Position numbers and translations under genes: made by a program | DNA from: Cyanophora paradoxa CCMP329 | Lineage: Eukaryota; Plantae; Glaucophyta | Assembly: GCA_004431415.1 (NCBI GenBank) | Contig: QPMI01000645.1 | Coordinates: 62,001-126,000, forward strand | Length of the DNA stretch: 64,000 nucleotides | Direction of reading: 5' to 3' | Shown: positions 61,443-64,000 of the stretch, piece by piece | Position numbering within the stretch: position 1 is the first letter of the stretch | Layout: every line of letters starts with the position of its first letter | Notes under the pieces: generated by a model | The model's database searches: none | The model's input: only the letters and a program-made list of their open reading frames with translations | Told to the model about the DNA's origin: nothing

Positions 61443-61513
61443 CCTTTCATCAACAAAAAATGATTGTGTAAACTAACTTAAAGATTTACAGATATATTAA
61501 TAAGAAAACAACA

Positions 61514-61813
61514 ATGACTGCTCAAATTGCCAAAGGAATTCTTGCCGAAAAGATTGAAAAAGATACCCTCTGGAAAGATCATAAAGGATTAGTTGATGCT
61601 ATTGTAGAGAGTGGTCTCCACTCAACAGGAATAAACATTGGTCAGGCTGATAATAAGCGAAACAAGGAATTTCGACAGAAAGTAGAGAGAGATGTATTGG
61701 GCATGATAATAGACCCAAACTACCTCTCTTCAATTAACAAAAAAAATCATTCAAACACTGCCACAAGAAAACGACTCTTTAACAAATTAATGAGTCGTTC
61801 TACTTCATCTTAA
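61514..61813 (+). CDS. Hypothetical viral protein (99 aa)
   Basis: Clean ATG in an AAAACAACAATG context, preceded by ACAAAAAATGA. Confidence 0.65.
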   Translation: MTAQIAKGILAEKIEKDTLWKDHKGLVDAIVESGLHSTGINIGQADNKRNKEFRQKVERDVLGMIIDPNYLSSINKKNHSNTATRKRLFNKLMSRSTSS

Positions 61814-61890
61814 ACAATAAAGCCAATTCCTTTGTATATATTTTTATAGCTGCCTCAGTAGCATACTGAGACCGCTTTGTTTCAATTATC

Positions 61891-62136
61891 TTATAGACCT
61901 GGGGGTCCATTGCTACTATCAGTTGGCAAATAATATTTAATCGGTCTTCCTCTGGGTCTCTGCTCCTCTTTTTGGGCTTTTCTGCGATAATAGGATGCCA
62001 GGGCTTGCTGCTTTTTATACTCTCTATATTCTGGGTCCTCTCTATATCGTTTCTGCATTGCTAGAATGTGTCTAATAGCACCCTCAGTTAAAGGCTCATC
62101 ACTGGTAAACTCGATTAAACTAATAGTATCCTCCAT
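61891..62136 (-). CDS. Small basic protein, related to 60575-60973
   Basis: KRYREDPEYREYKKQQALASYYRRK, plus an AT-hook-like RPRGRP. Confidence 0.68.
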   Translation of the reverse strand: MEDTISLIEFTSDEPLTEGAIRHILAMQKRYREDPEYREYKKQQALASYYRRKAQKEEQRPRGRPIKYYLPTDSSNGPPGL

Positions 62137-63157
62137 TTATATTCCCAGAGAAAACGTTTTCTGCTGGCAGAGAACTTCTCCTTGGATACTCCTGTTGCTC
62201 CTGTTGCTCATATGTATACTCTGTGGGGTCTGCTGACATTGACTCCACAGAAACTGTAGACCTCCTTCTCTCTCTTGCTTCTGAGGCATTATCCTCATTA
62301 TCTGACATCTCAAACTCCACTGTTGTCTCACAACATCCACTGTGGCAATTGCTCACCACATGCAGACTGAACATCTCGAAGAACTTTCGTATTATGTCCA
62401 TATCTCTAATAAAACAGAGATAATTAAACCAAACTCGTCTTTTATATACTGTTGGGGCAACTCCCTTTTCTACTTCAGCTTTGGTGGCACCAGGTTCAAT
62501 GGTTCCCTTTTGGGTTTTTGTTTTCATTTCATCTACTGCCTGCTCATCGATTTGGTTCTCTTTCTTAGCAATAAACTGTTTATCTGGGACACCAGTGATT
62601 CCCATTTTATAAACTTCCTTTCGAAGCATCTCCTTTAGCTTGGCTCTCTCTTTCTTCTCAGTAACATACTGCTCCAAAGCACTGGATTTGGCTTCCAGAT
62701 CTTTGAGTTTAGCAGTCATCTCATCCCATTGAGCCTTGGGAATTCGATGAACATTCTGAGTGGGAGCAGTCTTGTATGTGACTTCACCAGCCATAGACTG
62801 AATTACCTTGTCTGATTCCTTACTAAGACCTTCACCTTTGCGAGCCAATGACAGATCTTGCAAGCCTAAACCTTTATCATCAGCAGCACCAATAATTCGC
62901 CTGGCACCCTCAGCAACAGCTTTCATTTTCGAAGCTTCAGGTGAGATGTTGAGTTGGTCACTGGTTGAAGCTTGTGGGGCTTTGTCATCGACTGATTCCT
63001 CATAGGCAGCATTGAGGGGGTCTTCTTCTTGCTGTGAGGGCTTCACCTCATTCATACCATTGAATTTCAGTGGATCTGTGTTAATGGATCCATTGTTTCC
63101 ACCACCTGAATAGCCAACAGCCCCAGCTGGGATCCCTATTTTTCGTTTGGGAGGCAT
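62120..63157 (-). CDS. Hypothetical viral protein(s); probably two genes (63157-~62425 and 62401-62120) joined by a 1-nt error
   Basis: 345-aa ORF. The internal MDIIRKFF start, with its upstream hairpin, is duplicated as a stand-alone unit at 61210. One extra T in TGGTTTAAT would stop the upstream gene at ...RRVWF. Confidence 0.6.
   Translation of the reverse strand: MPPKRKIGIPAGAVGYSGGGNNGSINTDPLKFNGMNEVKPSQQEEDPLNAAYEESVDDKAPQASTSDQLNISPEASKMKAVAEGARRIIGAADDKGLGLQDLSLARKGEGLSKESDKVIQSMAGEVTYKTAPTQNVHRIPKAQWDEMTAKLKDLEAKSSALEQYVTEKKERAKLKEMLRKEVYKMGITGVPDKQFIAKKENQIDEQAVDEMKTKTQKGTIEPGATKAEVEKGVAPTVYKRRVWFNYLCFIRDMDIIRKFFEMFSLHVVSNCHSGCCETTVEFEMSDNEDNASEARERRRSTVSVESMSADPTEYTYEQQEQQEYPRRSSLPAENVFSGNINGGYY
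62263..62425. repeat. 163-bp direct repeat, copy 2
   Basis: See copy 1 at 61072-61234. Confidence 0.95.
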
Positions 63158-63185
63158 TGTATCTTTATTAGAATGAGAGATAATT

Positions 63186-63979
63186 TTATAAACCGCGTTT
63201 ATATCGCATCAATTTATTGCTATGGACTTGGCTTTTCACTTCTTTGGGGGCTTCCTCTTTCTCTGGTGGTTTCAGTTCATCTTCTTTCTTTTTTGGCTTC
63301 CTGTGGAAGCGAGGAAAATCGAAATCTCCAACTAAATCGGCTTTATCGACATAGTAGCCCACATTATACTTGAAAGATGTATAAACAAGGAACTGGTATG
63401 AGTGAACATACTCTTCAAAGAGTTTATAGAAGTCTTCTTTTCGAGGAAAAGTCGAAAACTCCTCTGCAAATGCCTCCAGCTCTTTTTGGTTGCTTGCACA
63501 AACCATAATTACTATATCACTATTGCAGCGAATAACACTTGCGACCTTTCTTAATTTTTGGGAAATAGTTATAATTGATATATTGACATGTCTGCCACGA
63601 ACATAAAGCATTCCCACTGTTTTATCTCGACTGAGATCCAGCTGGTCATTTTCTATCATATCCTCTAAAATCACCAGCATATGGTTAAGTTCTTCTCCTT
63701 TCTCCCTTTTTGCCTCTCTTTCTTTTATAATTTTCGACATGTATTGGGGATCCCATGCACCCAGTTGAACAGTAGCAGCTTTGTCCAAAAATGTGAAAAT
63801 GAGGTAGCGGATATAATAAGTGTTGTATCAATCTTTTTGGCATCATGCAGCTGTTTCAAATAATATTTTACAGCTTCTGTTTTTCCGCATCCACTTTTTC
63901 CGAGTATGAGTAGTCGAAAAGGGGGTTCTATCATTTCACCAGCATTGAATTCCTCCAAATCAGAACTTGGTATAGGCAT
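63186..63979 (-). CDS. A32/FtsK-like genome packaging ATPase, split by a 1-nt frameshift at ~63788
   Basis: PFRLLILGKSGCGKT (Walker A), MLVILEDM (Walker B), RGRHVNISIITISQ and IRCNSD, characteristic of Polinton/virophage packaging ATPases. Confidence 0.9.
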
Positions 63980-64000
63980 TGTGTATCTTTCTATAAAGAA

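Larger units (their letters stand above)
52733..64000. mobile_element. Endogenous Polinton-like virus / Maverick-type element (left part; continues past the window)
   Basis: Abrupt switch to AT-rich, intronless, tightly packed ORFs encoding a Polinton-type rve integrase, a family B polymerase derivative, an SF1 helicase and an A32-like packaging ATPase. No capsid gene recognised inside the window. Left boundary approximate. Confidence 0.88.

Noticed and set aside
62120-63157. Capsid protein assignment for the 345-aa ORF
   Set aside because: Charged, low-complexity and helical; no jelly-roll character. Capsid genes, if present, lie beyond the window.
1-64000. rRNA, tRNA or other structured RNA genes
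   Set aside because: None recognised by eye; a covariance-model scan would be needed to exclude them.

Overview
Eukaryotic genomic DNA, GC-rich and dense in short introns with frequent GC-AG junctions; probably a protist or alga, but the taxon cannot be fixed from this window. Left to right: (1) the 3' part of a Ty3/Gypsy retrotransposon pol (RNase H, an unusually long linker, integrase); (2) a possible Mx/dynamin-like gene fragment; (3) a ~25-kb cluster of ADP-ribosylation genes, visible only after manual splicing: CCCH-PARP (H-Y-E), MacroD macrodomain, a ZNFX1-type RNA helicase fused to a C-terminal PARP (H-Y-E), a second CCCH-PARP (H-Y-Y) and an ADP-ribosylglycohydrolase. Writers, erasers and a nucleic-acid sensor sit together like a eukaryotic antiviral 'defence island'; (4) RING and TRAF-type ligase genes, a degenerate kinesin, and two inverted paralogues built from a repeated domain that resembles the start of Y-family polymerases; (5) from ~52.73 kb to beyond the right edge, an AT-rich, intronless endogenous Polinton-like virus. 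It carries RING, two DUF5710-type genes, an rve integrase, a PolB-SF1 helicase-HNH fusion and a packaging ATPase, and appears to have inserted into one of the paralogues. Several genes are broken by single-base losses in homopolymers, most likely assembly errors. All gene models were spliced by eye and 5' ends are approximate; no database searches were run.
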